This document shows positions 1 to 12,069 of a DNA stretch of 64,000 nucleotides, in pieces (the first letter of the stretch is position 1; each line of letters begins with the position of its first letter). Location: NCBI RefSeq assembly GCF_048593235.1, contig NC_133618.1, positions 47,092,478 through 47,156,477 on the forward strand. The letters run 5' to 3'. The DNA comes from Sminthopsis crassicaudata (lineage: Eukaryota). Both the position numbers and the translations under genes were made by a program. A model generated the notes under the pieces. It had not been told where the DNA came from. It saw only the letters and a list, made by a program, of their open reading frames with translations, and did no database searches.

Positions 1-569
1 CCTGGTCAGACGCCTCTGGCCACATCCCTGACCTTCTGTCCCACGTGTAGCCAGAACTGCACAATCTAAGATTGGGGTTTCCTCTTCAATTGGATTTCTT
101 TTTAGAACCCCCACAATGCCTAACAAAAAATAACCCAGAGTGCCCAAAGAAGCATCCAGGAGATCTGAGTCTCAGTCCGAGTGCTCTCCTGGCTTTGGCT
201 TATGGTGAGCACAGATGGAAGGCCCGGCTCGCTAAAACCACAACATTGAGCAATTCCCTTAAATCTGCAGGTCAAACAACTCTTACTCCCCAATCATATA
301 ACTCACATCTAGCACTTCCCGCCAGGGACTAACCACACCAGTAAATCACAAATACTTCGCCCTGCCATGACCTTGGACCTGGCTTTCCATATCCTTAAAT
401 AAGGACCACTTACTTTACTGAAAAAAGAAGTATCTATTCAATGAATCAAGAAGCCTTTATTAACTCCTATGTGCCTCATACCAGGAATTGGGAGACAGGC
501 TCATGGAGAGAAAAGCATGATTGAACATGGCCTCTTCAGCTATCAATATTTTTGTTTTTAATATTTATT

Positions 570-1545
570 TTATTTCTGATTATGTATGTATATTTCTTAA
601 ATACCAATTTCTTTGTAAATCATGTTGAGGGAAGAAAATCGGAACAAAAGGGGAAAATAATGGGAAAGGGGAAAAAAAAAACAGAAGATATAAGCTCAGT
701 AGAAAGGGTCAAAGGGTATGCACAGTTTGATAACCCTTTGGGAAGAGTTCCAAATTGCTTTGCAGATTGGTTGATCATTAGATCATTTCACAACTCCACC
801 AACAATGTATCAGTGTCTGTTTTCCCACATCCCTTGCAACATTCATCATTATCTTTTCCTGTCCTCTTAGCCAATCTGAGAAGTGTATAAAAGTGTTAAC
901 CTCAGAGTTGTCTTTAATTTGGGGGAAAAAAAATTTTTATTCAGAATTTAACAAACATGAATATTTCTATATTCAAAGAAGAACAGAAAAAGAGGATTGT
1001 GGAAAACAGTGAATCACCACAGTAATGTGAGAGTTGGTTTCTAAGCTGTCCCAGGTAGCTTATCCATATCCCTTCTGAATTTCCTGATGGTCTCTTTTGT
1101 GCATTTCAAAGTTTCAAAGCCGCTTTTCTTTTGTTACCACACTCATTAATGGTCTCCCTCTCTTAAGCATTCCCCAATTTTTAAAAACTCTCTTGTTACA
1201 AAGCACAGCCAGTAATTCCAATAGACTTGTGATAGAGAGAGCCATCTGCACCCACAGAGAGGACCATGGGGACTGAATATGGATCTTAACATATTATTTT
1301 TTTTAATTGTCATTTGCTTTTTATTTCCTCTCTTTTTTCCTTTTTGATCTAATTTTTCTTGTGCAGCAAGATAATTGTGGATGTATGTATAGAAGAATTG
1401 TACATGTTTAACCTATATTGGATTACTTGCTATTTAGGGGAGGGAGTGGGGGAAGGAGAAGAAGAAAAAATTTTGGATCAAGGTTATGCAAGGATGAATG
1501 TTAAAAACTATCCTTGCATGCATGCATTTGGAATAAAAGGCTATT
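570..1545. mobile_element. L1 fragments (minus-strand ORF2 3' piece at about 730-920; plus-strand 3'UTR at about 1250-1545)
   Basis: CAACTCCACCAACAATGTATCAGTGTC...CACATCCCTTGCAACATT; 3'UTR ending AATAAAAGGCTATT. Confidence 0.65.
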
Positions 1546-1696
1546 TTTTTTTTTTTTTTGGCTGAAGCAACTGGGGTGAAGTGACTTATCCAAGGTCACA
1601 CAGCTAGGAAATGTTAAGTGTCTGAGACCAAATTTGAACTCAGAACCTCCTGACTTCAGGGCTGGTGCTGTATTCACTATGCCACCTAGCTGCCCC
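1546..1696 (-). mobile_element. WSINE1-type CORE SINE
   Basis: Reverse complement of GGGGCAGCTAGGTGG...GAGTTCAAAT..GGTCTCAGACACTT...GTGTGACCTTGG.AAGTCACTT, with A tail. Confidence 0.85.
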
Positions 1697-2391
1697 AAAA
1701 GCTATTATTTAAAAAAAAAAAAGCACAGCAAAACAAAGCTATGTGCAAAATCATATGTCTCACTCTACCCCTCTGGCTGGTAGCAGGTCTCATTGTCATT
1801 CCCCTGCAGCTGGGTTTGGTCACTGAATTAATAATAATTGGTCAGTCTTAACTAGTTGTTTTGCTTTACATGCCTTGTGCTCACTGTGTAAACTGTTCTC
1901 CTGATTCTTTCAATTTCACTTTGTGAAATATGGTTATATGAATCCTTCCCTTCTGTCATTTCTTACAGTGCAATAACATTCCATAATTTGTTTGACCCTT
2001 CCCTAATTTGTGCAACTACTATAGATATTTTTGAACATTGGAGTCCTGTCTCATCTTTTTGCAGTGCATGACTACTCGTGGTATCATTGTATCAAACATA
2101 AATTGTATTTTTCAATGTTTCAAAACCACTACCCCCAATGACAGCACGTTGATGAATTGTGCTAGGATAGTTATGTAATTTCAAACAACATCTCTACCCT
2201 CATGACTCATTCCCTATCCCAACCCAGTGGAAAATGCACAGAGTCTATGTTCTATAGTTAAAATCAGGGAACTGCAACTTGAAGTATATCCCCTGATTTT
2301 AACTGTTTTTGAGAAAGGAAGCATTCAAAGAAAGAATTAGCCAAGACAATGCCTAATTTTTTTTATGTTTTTCTAATATTTGGGGTTTAGA

Positions 2392-2625
2392 GAAGCCAGG
2401 TGGTACAGTGGGTAGAGCACTGGAGCTGGAGTCAGGAAGACCTGAGTTTTCAAATCCAGCCTTAGACACTAGACACTCAGACTAGCTGTGTGACCGTGGG
2501 CAAGTCACTTCACCCTGCCTGCCTCAGATCTGTAAATTAAGCTGGAGAAGGAAATAGCAAACTACTCCACTATCTGCCGAAAAAATACAAATGCAGTCCA
2601 TCACGAAGAGTCAGACAACTGAATG
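2392..2625 (+). mobile_element. MAR1-type CORE SINE (RTE-like tail); a similar copy lies at about 22025-22215
   Basis: tRNA-like head, CORE, then GCTGGAGAAGGAAATAGCAAACTACTCCA...CACGAAGAGTCAGACAACTGAA. Confidence 0.75.
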
Positions 2626-3707
2626 ATGATGTTTATTGAATGAGTGTTAGAACTACTAGCAAAATACTACACCTTTTTTCCAAAATCTGAGGATTTGGGG
2701 TTGAAAAATGTTGCTAATGCAACAAGCTGCAGATGAAACTGAACTAAAATTTCCTATTAAGTCACATCCTTCTCACCCTTAACCTCTATTGCCTTCTGTA
2801 GAACTGGTACATTTTATACCAACATATACCATCATTCACAGATGTTAGGTTTAGTGGGGTAAGGATGCTTAGGGATCTTCCTAAGCTAAACAATTCATTT
2901 GACAAATAAAGCAGGGGAGGCCTGGAGAGCCAATGGCCTAGCTGGGCTTTAAACCCAGGTTCTCAGATGTCTAAATGGCCCTTTAAAATACAGTATTTGT
3001 AAAAAACAACAAACAATCAGAAGGGCCTTTAGTCATTAAGAATTACAAATAGATGATTGGCTGAATAACATTACATCAGGGTTTCACCAACATAATATTA
3101 AATATTAACAATATCATAATATCACAAAAATGTTACTCATCAGGGTAGCATAATACAGGGGATGACTAACAGAACTATTTATTCTAAAATAAGTAATTTA
3201 AAAGATTTTGGATGAGAAGTTATTTTTTTAGAATCACCTCAAAGTAATGATATTTTTGGCCTATGGAAACCTCAACTAGACTGCTCCTATATTTGTACAG
3301 TGTGCTTGATCTCCTCAGATCATTCTTTGGGCTGCTGTAAAGATAGATAGGTCAAACGGTTAAGAGACTTGACTATATTAATCCATAAGGCTTTCTCATC
3401 CAATACCAGGATACCCCTTAAATCTCACACAAAAAGCAACCAAACTAAATAAACATTTAGTAGATGGCTACAGAACCTTACTGAAGAGACTCATTTACAT
3501 CTATAATTCACATTGCTATCAATTAAAAAAAAAAAAAAAAAAAAAAGGCATTCCAGCTCCTTCTGGGGGAGAGTTGCAAAAATCGGCTTTTTTTTTTTAA
3601 TTAGTTTGTTACAAATCATGAGGTATCAAGGATAATGTTGCTAGGAGTGAATATAAATTCACTCTCATTGGGGAGTCAAGGCTCCACTACCTAAGTATGG
3701 AGATGAA

Positions 3708-3900
3708 GAAGAGACATAAAAGAAAAAGGTGGAAAAATGATGCTGGGAATTCAGAAGAGAAGCACAAGTATGGTTGTACTATAGGAGACTTTCTGAACAA
3801 AAAGTAATTAAGTCAGGAAGAGACATCAAGAAAAAGGTGGTAAAATTATGCTGGGAATTCAGAAAAGGAGCACAAGCTTGGTTGTATGTAGAAACAAAAA
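3708..3900. repeat. 109-bp-period direct duplication
   Basis: GAAGAGACAT(A/C)AAGAAAAAGGTGG.AAAAT.ATGCTGGGAATTCAGAA...AGCACAAG..TGGTTGTA at 3708 and 3817. Confidence 0.8.
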
Positions 3901-4270
3901 GTAAGTCAGTCAGAAAAAAAGAGAAAGGATCCTGAATTTGAGAAAGTGGCAATGAACCCTAACTCCTTGGCATTTTATTCTCATTTCAACCATTTGAAAG
4001 TCTATTTTGATCATATATACACTCTACACCAAAATAATAATTTTAATACTAGTTTATCAATACAAAAAAAAAAACAAAACACCTAGGATTAGTGTAATCT
4101 TATTATAGGGTTGTTTTATTTCTTTTTGATTGTTAGCAAATATAGTAGAAGTTATTAGACTGCAAATTCAAACAAAGAAAACAATTTGGACTGCTTTTTC
4201 CACTTTATCAAGTTCATAAATTAAAAAAAAAAGGTTTTAATTTAGGTTAATTTAATAAAGTCATGTCACA

Positions 4271-4404
4271 GGGGCAGCTAGGTGGCTCAGTGATAAGGTC
4301 CTAATGTGAGGAGGGCCTGAGTTCAAATCTACTCTCTGACACTTAATACTTCCTAACTGTGTGGGCAAGTCACTTAACCCCAACTGCCTCAGGAAAAAAA
4401 AAAA
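4271..4404 (+). mobile_element. WSINE1-type CORE SINE
   Basis: GGGGCAGCTAGGTGGCTCAGTG...GAGTTCAAATC...GGGCAAGTCACTTAACCCCAACTGCCTC + A tail. Confidence 0.8.
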
Positions 4405-6000
4405 GTCATGTTATTTCATTAAATGTTTTGCATTATAAGGTAACCAGGTACCTTCCCCAACCCCTCAACTTTTCAGTGTGTGGTCTTCCACCACTATCTT
4501 TCATTTTGGTATTTGTATTGCAAGCACTTAGCCCAATCAATGCCTAGTATACAGTAGGTGCTTAATAAGTCTGTCTTGATTGACAGATCCATTAATCACA
4601 CTTTAGTTTCTATCAAGTTCTCTATTGTTCAGCCAAACTGGCTTGCTTGCTATGTGCCATCTCAAAGCTCTTGGTTTTTGAAAGATTCCCTTATATTAAC
4701 AGACTCCTTCCTCACTTCTATCTCATAAAATCTCTAGTTTAGTTCAAGTTTCAGCTCACATGTTTGAAGCTGCTAGTACTTTCCATCCCACAAAATTACT
4801 GTATCTATCTACAGATGTTATTTCTTTCAAGAGAACTCCTTGTGGTCAGGAACTGTGCTGTTGACTTTGAAGTCCCAATACACTGCACAGCATCTTATAT
4901 AATAATAGGTATTTAATATATGCTTAGTACCTATAAGAGTTATGGCTACCTGTTTAGATTCAATAGAAAATAAAAACTGTGCCTGAGCCACCAAAAAAAA
5001 AAAAAATCATTTTACCCTGCTTATTAACATTAAAGTAAATAATAATTATTAATATACTTTAATTAGGTTATATGATTATTAAATAGATGTTAAATAAAAG
5101 TGAATAATGAAAATAAAAAATAAATAAAAACTAGTTAACTAATTCCAACCAGTATATATACAGATACACATGTGAGTAGGTGTGTGTATATGTGTGTGTA
5201 AGTGTGTCATTTACTTACACCAAAGTACCCTTTTCCAAATATTCGTGATCTACTTGGGAACAAGTGAAAACACCTTTGTCAGAATTATCTCAACTTCTAG
5301 TTTGTTGGTTAGTCTCTTCTGCCTTTCTCTTTTTGTTCCTACATTTCTCGTGTCTAGTATGCCCTCCTATCTTGCCTCTATTTTACATCTGCATCACTTC
5401 TTTTAAGATCTGGCTCAAAATTCTCCTCTTTCAAGCAGCCTTTCTTCCTTGAATGATTATCCTCAAACTCTTATGCTTTTATAGCTATACCTACAATTGA
5501 CATTTTTTTTGCCCTTGGGGAAAATGGATACAAATACATAAAATACCAACTAAATTATAAGGAAATATTTTACTTCTTTTTCATTGGCCATAGTACAATG
5601 CTGTGCATTAAGTATGAAGGTGACACCTAAGAAATGACTGAATGAAATCAGTAAGTGAAATAAAGATAAGCTCAACACAAGGGCCAACCCCTACATAAGA
5701 CCTTCCCTGATACCCACTCCGAGTTGTTAGTGCCAATGCCAAAATTTTATTTTGTAGTTATTTATCTATGAAGACGTTTTCTTCTCCAACAAAATTTAAG
5801 TTCCTAGGTGGTAAAAACCAATTTTTTTTTCCTCTCAATCTCCAGCAGCCAGTATAATGTGGATTCAATACATGCTTAACAAATGCTTGCTGAATCAATG
5901 CATAAAAAGATTAATTCAAACATTTCTATATAAAGTGATTTGTCCATTAAAATCCCCTTGATGGGTCACTTCCACATACACTTCTCCCTCTTCTTGGAAA

Positions 6001-6200
6001 CAGGGGTTTTTAGCCTTTTTTGTGTGTGTCAAGGATTCCTTTGACAGCCTGATATAGTCTATATATTCTTTCACAAAATGTTTTTAAATGTATAAAATAA
6101 AAAACCATAAGACTATGGAGAAAACTAATTATATTAGAATAAGGATGTATTTTTTCCATCCAAGTTCACAAAACTATTAAAATTTATCCACAGGTCTCTT
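6001..6200. mobile_element. Old hAT-Charlie-type MITE, family unassigned (a similar copy lies at about 48661-48830)
   Basis: Starts CAGGGGTTTTTAGCC; shares AAATG..TAAAA.....CATA.GA internal motifs with the 48661 copy. Confidence 0.4.
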
Positions 6201-8199
6201 AAAAGAATCATTCCATTTCTTCTTTATTTTTGAAACATGCCAGATTTTTTTTCAGTCTAGTCCTGTGATTTCATCAGTATGGAGAGATCCAGGTATGGAA
6301 ATTTTCTTCAATTAGGCAAATCTGTAACATATTTATTGTTAACAAATGTTAATTGTTGAGACATTAAGTGACTTACTTATAGTCACACAATTACTTTGTT
6401 TCAAGAGGAATGAGTTGAATCCAGATTTTCCTGACTCCAAGACAGGCCTTCTATTTTCTGTGAATGCTGTTTCTAATTAGATTCCAGATAAAATTTATCA
6501 CCTTAATACTATATACAATCTCAGTATCAGAAGACCATTTTATCTAATCCATAATTAAATCAGCTTACCCTCCACTTCAAGAAGTCTAGTGAAAGGAAAT
6601 CTACCTTCCAAGTCACATTGGACAATTAAAATTATTGGGAAGTTTTCCTTTGGATCAAGGCCTAAATCTGTCTTTTTGTTAGACCCACTTTTCCTCGTTT
6701 TGCTTTCTGGAGACAAATGGAACCAGTCTAATTCTACTTCCGTATGAGAGATCTTCAAATAGTTATAAAGATATCACATCTTTCTTTCTTTCAAAGGATC
6801 CCCTAAGGGTAAGTTCTCAAGGCCCCTGACCTTTTTGGTGGCTTTTCTCTGGTTTCTCTCCAGTTTGTCAATAAATGTGGTCTTTGCTCTCCAAGTTTGT
6901 CAATAAATGTGGTCTTTCCTAAAATATGGTACCCAGAGCTGATCACAATGCCTTAATTGGCATCTAAATCTAAATGACTAAAGTGGATAGACTCCCATTT
7001 TGTGCACATTATACCTCTCAATATTGTAAAACCACAAAGTCTGTTGCACTGCTGACTCATTTTGAATTTCTTAAGTTTTACTTTCACAAGTTTTATGCAA
7101 AGTCTACAGTCCTCATTTGATTACATATTTACTATGTTTAAACGTGACTCTTCGGAGCAAAAATAAATTAACAATAATGTATGTAAATAATGAGTAAGGA
7201 TAAGAATTACACATACATGTGATTTCATTGTTTTAGAAAACCTACAGTGACTAACTTCCCCTACTAGAACAGGTCAGCACCTTCTTTGCAATTTACTGTA
7301 TTAAGAGTTGCCTGAAGCACTGAAAAGTTAAGTCACATCGCCAAGAGTCATGGAAGTCTTGTCAAAAAGATGGATTTCAACCCAGGTTTTCCAGGTTTGG
7401 GGGCTAGTTTTCTATCCACTAGTATGGGCTGCCTTTCATAAGTAATACGTGCAGTTAAAGTTTAATTTTGAATTTTCCAGTCTACCATTGAACTTAGTTT
7501 TACCATTTTAAGTTTCTAATTTTTAAAAGCCTCTAAAAAACATGACAGACTGGCAGCAAACTTTTGTAAGCTAAACAAAAGAGACAAAACTCTTGGCAAT
7601 AAACCTTTAAACTCAGTGTGCCTTCATTGTAAACTAAAGCTCATTAGCGAAACAAACTTGCCTTTTCAGCCTTCTACCCTCAATGAAGAACGATGCTCTT
7701 GTAGGGTTATTGTTGAGAACCAATGGTGGCTTAAATTCCCATAAATTAATCAGCATTTTGGTGGTCAGCCCAAAGGTACACAAGCATGGGTTTTTGTTTG
7801 TTTTTAAAACCATCTAGAGAAGCGAGGAATAAGAACTGAAGTCGGTTGCAGGCTGGTACTTCTCCAGTTAAATCCAATAGGTGTCATACAAGGAGAAAGC
7901 CAAAGCTTAAGAAATGATGAAAAAGTATCCCACGGAAACATTTAGAAGTTTCCGTCTCGCCCCAAACAAACCCGAATAAAACCTTTCAGTTGTTACTGAA
8001 CTTTTCCAGCAAGAGTCCTCAGGGTTTCCCCAAATGCCCAGCTGCCAACCAGAAACCTACAGTTACTAGGTAGAGGATTCCCGCCGGGTATGAGTTCTAG
8101 GGGGGACAAGCAAGGCAGCGGGGAGGAGGGCAGGAGGCCGAAGCCAGGCTCTGCTCCGGCGGAGGCTCTCGCAGTCCCACGCTAGTCTCACCACCCCCG

Positions 8200-8692
8200 C
8201 CCCAATCCCACTCGCTTTCCAGCAGCACCTCCCAGTCAGCTCGCCAATCCCATCCCTCTCCAAAGCCTGTGCTCGCCTCCCCCGGGTTCCCACTCATTTT
8301 CCAGCAGTATCGCTTAGTCCGCTCGCTTCTACTCGGTACCCCCAGTGCGCACAGTCCCGTCCTTCCCCAAAGCCCGTGCCCGTCTCCCGCAGGTCCCCAC
8401 TCCCCCTCCAGCAGCGCCTCCAGGCCAGTTCACTTCAGCGCGCCCCCCTCCCCCCAGTCCCTCCTCAAAGCCCGTGCTCGCCTCCTCCCAAGCCCCCCCG
8501 CACTCTCCAGCAGCACTTCGTGGCTGGCTCGCTTCAGAGACGTTCCTCAAGTCCAGTCCCTCGTCAGATCCCTCGCTGGCTCCCCGTCCCCCCTGCCCCG
8601 GTCCCCACTCTACCTCCAGCAGCCCCTCCTCGCCGGCTCCCCGAAGCCCACGGCTCGCCCGCCCCGGTCCCCACTCACCCTCGAGCAGCACC
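8200..8692. repeat. Degenerate tandem repeat (66-109 bp period) that includes the SNTB2 exon 1/intron 1 junction
   Basis: Core TC(C/G)AGCAG at 8218, 8300, 8407, 8506, 8615 and 8681, most preceded by a GGTCCCCACTC-like motif; AAAGCCCGTGCTCGCC-like spacer recurs near 8262, 8368, 8466 and 8642. Confidence 0.75.
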
Positions 8693-9243
8693 TCCTTGCC
8701 GGCTCTCTTGAGCGCCTGCACGGCCTGGTCATGGGTGGCCTGGCGCAGGTCGGTCCCGTTCACCGACAGGATGGCGTCGCCCAGTCGCAGAGCTCGGCTC
8801 TGGTCGGCCGCCAGCCCGGGGAAGATCTTGGAGATGAGGATCGGCATCCGGTTCTCGCGGCCGCCCTTGATGCTGATGCCCAGGCCGCCCGCCTCCTGCT
8901 TCACCACCCGCACGCGTCGCACGGGAGGGGAGCCCCCGGCCGCGGCCCCGGGAGGGCTGGGCGGGCCCAGGCCGCGGCTCGGGCTGCCGGGCAGCGAGTC
9001 CCCGCCGCTGCCGCCGCCGCCGCCGTTGGGGAGGCCGTTGAAGGCGGCCAGCGCCGGCCCCAGCGGGGGGTCCGTCTCAGCCGCCGCGTCCCCGGTCAGG
9101 CTCAAGCTCTCGCCGCTCAGCTCGGCCACCACCCGCACCCAACGCTCCCGCAGCAGCAGCTCCACCAGCCCCGCTTTGGTGGCCCTCGTCCACACCGCCA
9201 TGGCCGGCCCGGGTGCCGCCGCCGCCGCCGAGGCCAGCCTCAT
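8679..9243 (-). CDS. SNTB2: Beta-2-syntrophin, coding exon 1 (split PH N-half + PDZ domain); the gene continues beyond the window start
   Basis: Translation [35 protein letters not shown]...[38 protein letters not shown]...KEVLLE matches the SNTB2 N-terminus and PDZ. Phase-1 donor GAG G|GTGAGT at 8679/8678. CDS part is 565 nt. Confidence 0.97.
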
Positions 9244-9555
9244 TCCAGACCGGGAGTCCCGGCGCTTCCCCCTTCCCGCCTGCGGGGGCGAGGCCCCGCC
9301 CCCATGCTCGAGAATCCATTATTCATGAGCGGCCCCGCCCACTCCTCCTTTTACCGCGGGGGCGGGGCCGCTTCCGGGAAGGGGGGGGGGCTGACTGTGG
9401 CTCTTGGGGGAGCTGAAACTTCTGCGATCCACAAGCGCAAGGTCACTGCTGGGAGGTTGTTTAGGGAATCAAAAAGTCGGGGCTGGAGCAGTTTGAAACA
9501 GTGTCTCAGTGGGAGGGTGCTTGGGGAGTCCAGAAAATCTGGCCTGGGGAGGCGC

Positions 9556-10185
9556 TTAAGGAGCCCGGAAAGTCCGGGCCGGGGCAGCTTAGAACAAAGT
9601 GTCCTAACTGGGAGGGCGCTCAGAGAGAGAGCCCAGAAAGTCCGGGCCGGGGCAGCTTAGAACAAAGTGTCCTAGCTGGGAGGGCGCTCAGAGAGAGAGC
9701 CCGGAAAGTCCGGGCCGGGGCAGCTTAGAACAAAGTGTCCTAGCTGGGAGGGCGCTCAGAGAGAGAGCCCAGAAAGTCCGGGCCGGGGCAGCTTAGAACA
9801 AAGTGTCCTAGCTGGGAGGGCGCTTAGGGAGCCCAGAAAGTCCGGGCCGGGGCAGCTTAGAACAAAGTGTCCTAGCTGGGAGGGCGCTCAGAGAGCCCGG
9901 AAAGTCTGGGCCGGGGCAGCTTAGAACAAAGTGTCCTAGCTGGGAGGGCGCTTAGGGAGCCCGGAAAGTCCGGGCCGGGGCAGCTTAGAACAAAGTGTCC
10001 TAGCTGGGAGGGCGCTCAGAGAGAGAGCCCAGAAAGTCCCGGCCGGGGCACCTTAGAACAAAGTGTCCTAGCTGGGAGGGCGCTCAGAGAGAGAGCCCAG
10101 AAAGTCCGGGCCGGGGCAGCTTAGAACAAAGTGTCCTAGCTGGGAGGGCGCTCAGAGAGCCCGGAAAGTCTGGGCTGGGGAGAGC
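9556..10185. repeat. Minisatellite (VNTR), 9 near-perfect units of 64-68 bp, upstream of SNTB2
   Basis: CTTAGAACAAAGTGTCCT at 9588, 9656, 9724, 9792, 9856, 9920, 9984, 10052 and 10120. Unit length varies through an internal (GA)n run. Degenerate units flank both ends. Confidence 0.97.
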
Positions 10186-12069
10186 TGGGAAGGCGCTTCA
10201 GGTGCCTCTCCCGTCTGGGCAGGGGGAGCTTAGAACATGGTGCCCCGGTTGGGAGAGAGCTTAGAGACTCGGCTTAAGACAGAATGACTACGCTGAGAGG
10301 AAGCTTAGAGAGCGGTGCCAGTTGTGAGGGAGAGCTTAGAACGTAGAAGGTCAGAGCTGGGAGGGAGCCTGGAATACAGGGTCATGGTGGGAAGAGAGCC
10401 GATAACATGGAATGTCAGGCTGGGAGAAAAGGAATATGAAATGTTAGAGTTGGGAGGACCAATAGACATGGAATGTCAGAAGTGGTCAGAATTCAGAATG
10501 GCAGAGCTCCAGGGGACTTTAGAGTGTGATCCTTGCATTAACAGAGGATGAAGCTAAGCCCCATCCATTGAGACTGGCCCTGCTCCCTCCTTAGAATATT
10601 CTGAAGCCAGCTGGGCTGCCTCCAAATTCAGGGCTCTAGCTGTCTTCTTATCCCTCAACCAAGAAAATTGAGCCATTTCAGCCAGATGTCTTAATAGAAA
10701 TGTAACTGGGCAAAATTAAAATTCCATCTGGTAATCTCTTTATTAGCCCATGAAATTGGGTTGCCTGGGCCCCACATCCTGCAGGCTTCTTCCTGAGCTC
10801 ACAGAGCTCAAACCCCTTTGGTGTCTAGCAGAGACAAATAAAAGAGCTATAGGCGGCAAGATGGTCAGATTGGCTTCCAGCACCAGAGGTGAGGTTGACA
10901 CATTTCCCCCACAGTCCCAAGGGAGCAATAATAATTCTTGTAAAGGTGAATTGAGATCAAAACAGACTGCAATCATGGATCAGTAGGTGCTGATACCTGT
11001 AACTTCCAAAGGCTCTACGTGTCCATGGGAGAGAAAAAAAAGAGGTTCTGTGAATTTTTTTTGGTCATTTTAGGGAACTCTTTGGATCTGCATTCATTTC
11101 GCCGATAGGGAACCCTCTTATGATTTAAAGAGAATTAAGTAGAATTATCAGAAGAACAGAGACCTATGATTTGAGTTTCACAAATGTCTCAGAGAGTATG
11201 CGACTCCAGCATTTTGGCAGACTGCAAAATAATTGTAAATCCCCAGTAAGATTCTGGAGGGTAGGTTTTTCCATTTTATCTCTAGAGCCCAGCAAAGGGG
11301 TGTAAGACCCCTAAGCACAGTGTCTGGCAGATAATCTTTGATGAATGAATAATATTTATAGTGTAATGGATACAAGACTGCCCTTAAAGGCAAGGGGACT
11401 GAATACTGGCTGTGACCCTCCCTTAACCTGTGCTCATGTCTCCCCCAACAAAGTCACTTAATCACTCCACGATCTAGGCGACTCTAAGATAGTTAAGGTG
11501 CTGCCCTCCTTTGGTGAAGAGAGTTTCCTCACCTGGGAATTCCCCAAATCTATTAAATCACATATCCAGTTCCCATTTTACAAGGCTACATTATCTGGAT
11601 CAACCCTTATAGATACAACAAGTACCCATATAGAAGTCCCATACCTAAGGTGGGTTGGAAATAGAATTTGAATTTAGGTCACTGAGGACAGCAAATCCAG
11701 TTTCCAGTTCTCTGTACACTTAAGAGTGTGAGCGTTTTAATCTAAATAGTCTCAAAGGAAGAGGAGTGGGAGGAAAAGGAGAAGATATATTTATTAAGCA
11801 CCTGTGTGCCAAATATTTTGCTAAGCACTTTACAAAAATATTACCTCATTTGGTCCTGGCTATACCCCAAGAAGGTGGATACTTTTATTGTTGAGGAAAT
11901 AGAGGCAAACAGAGGTTAATTGACTGGCCCAGGATCAAATGTTAGTAAAATGTCTGAGGCCAGATTTTAACTCCTGTCTCCCTGATCGCACACCCAGTGC
12001 TCTATTTTCAGCACCACTTAACTCCTCCTCAAAGTCTCAAAGAAGGGTTCATTTTTTAAAAATCTAGTC

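Larger units (their letters stand above)
8080..10190. promoter_or_regulatory. CpG island / SNTB2 promoter and exon 1
   Basis: Very high GC and CpG density against an AT-rich background; GC boxes (GGGGCGGGG) around 9294-9367 upstream of the ATG. Boundaries approximate. Confidence 0.85.

Noticed and set aside
6856-6917. 31-bp tandem duplication
   Set aside because: Simple slippage inside an old CR1/L3-like fragment; no functional indication.
8269-9660. Long plus-strand ORFs (463 aa, 327 aa) antisense to SNTB2 exon 1
   Set aside because: Expected from stop-codon scarcity in a very GC-rich CpG island; low-complexity translations with no recognisable domain.
9556-10185. Regularly spaced repeats resembling a CRISPR array
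   Set aside because: The intervening sequences are themselves repeated rather than unique spacers, and the DNA is mammalian; it is a minisatellite.
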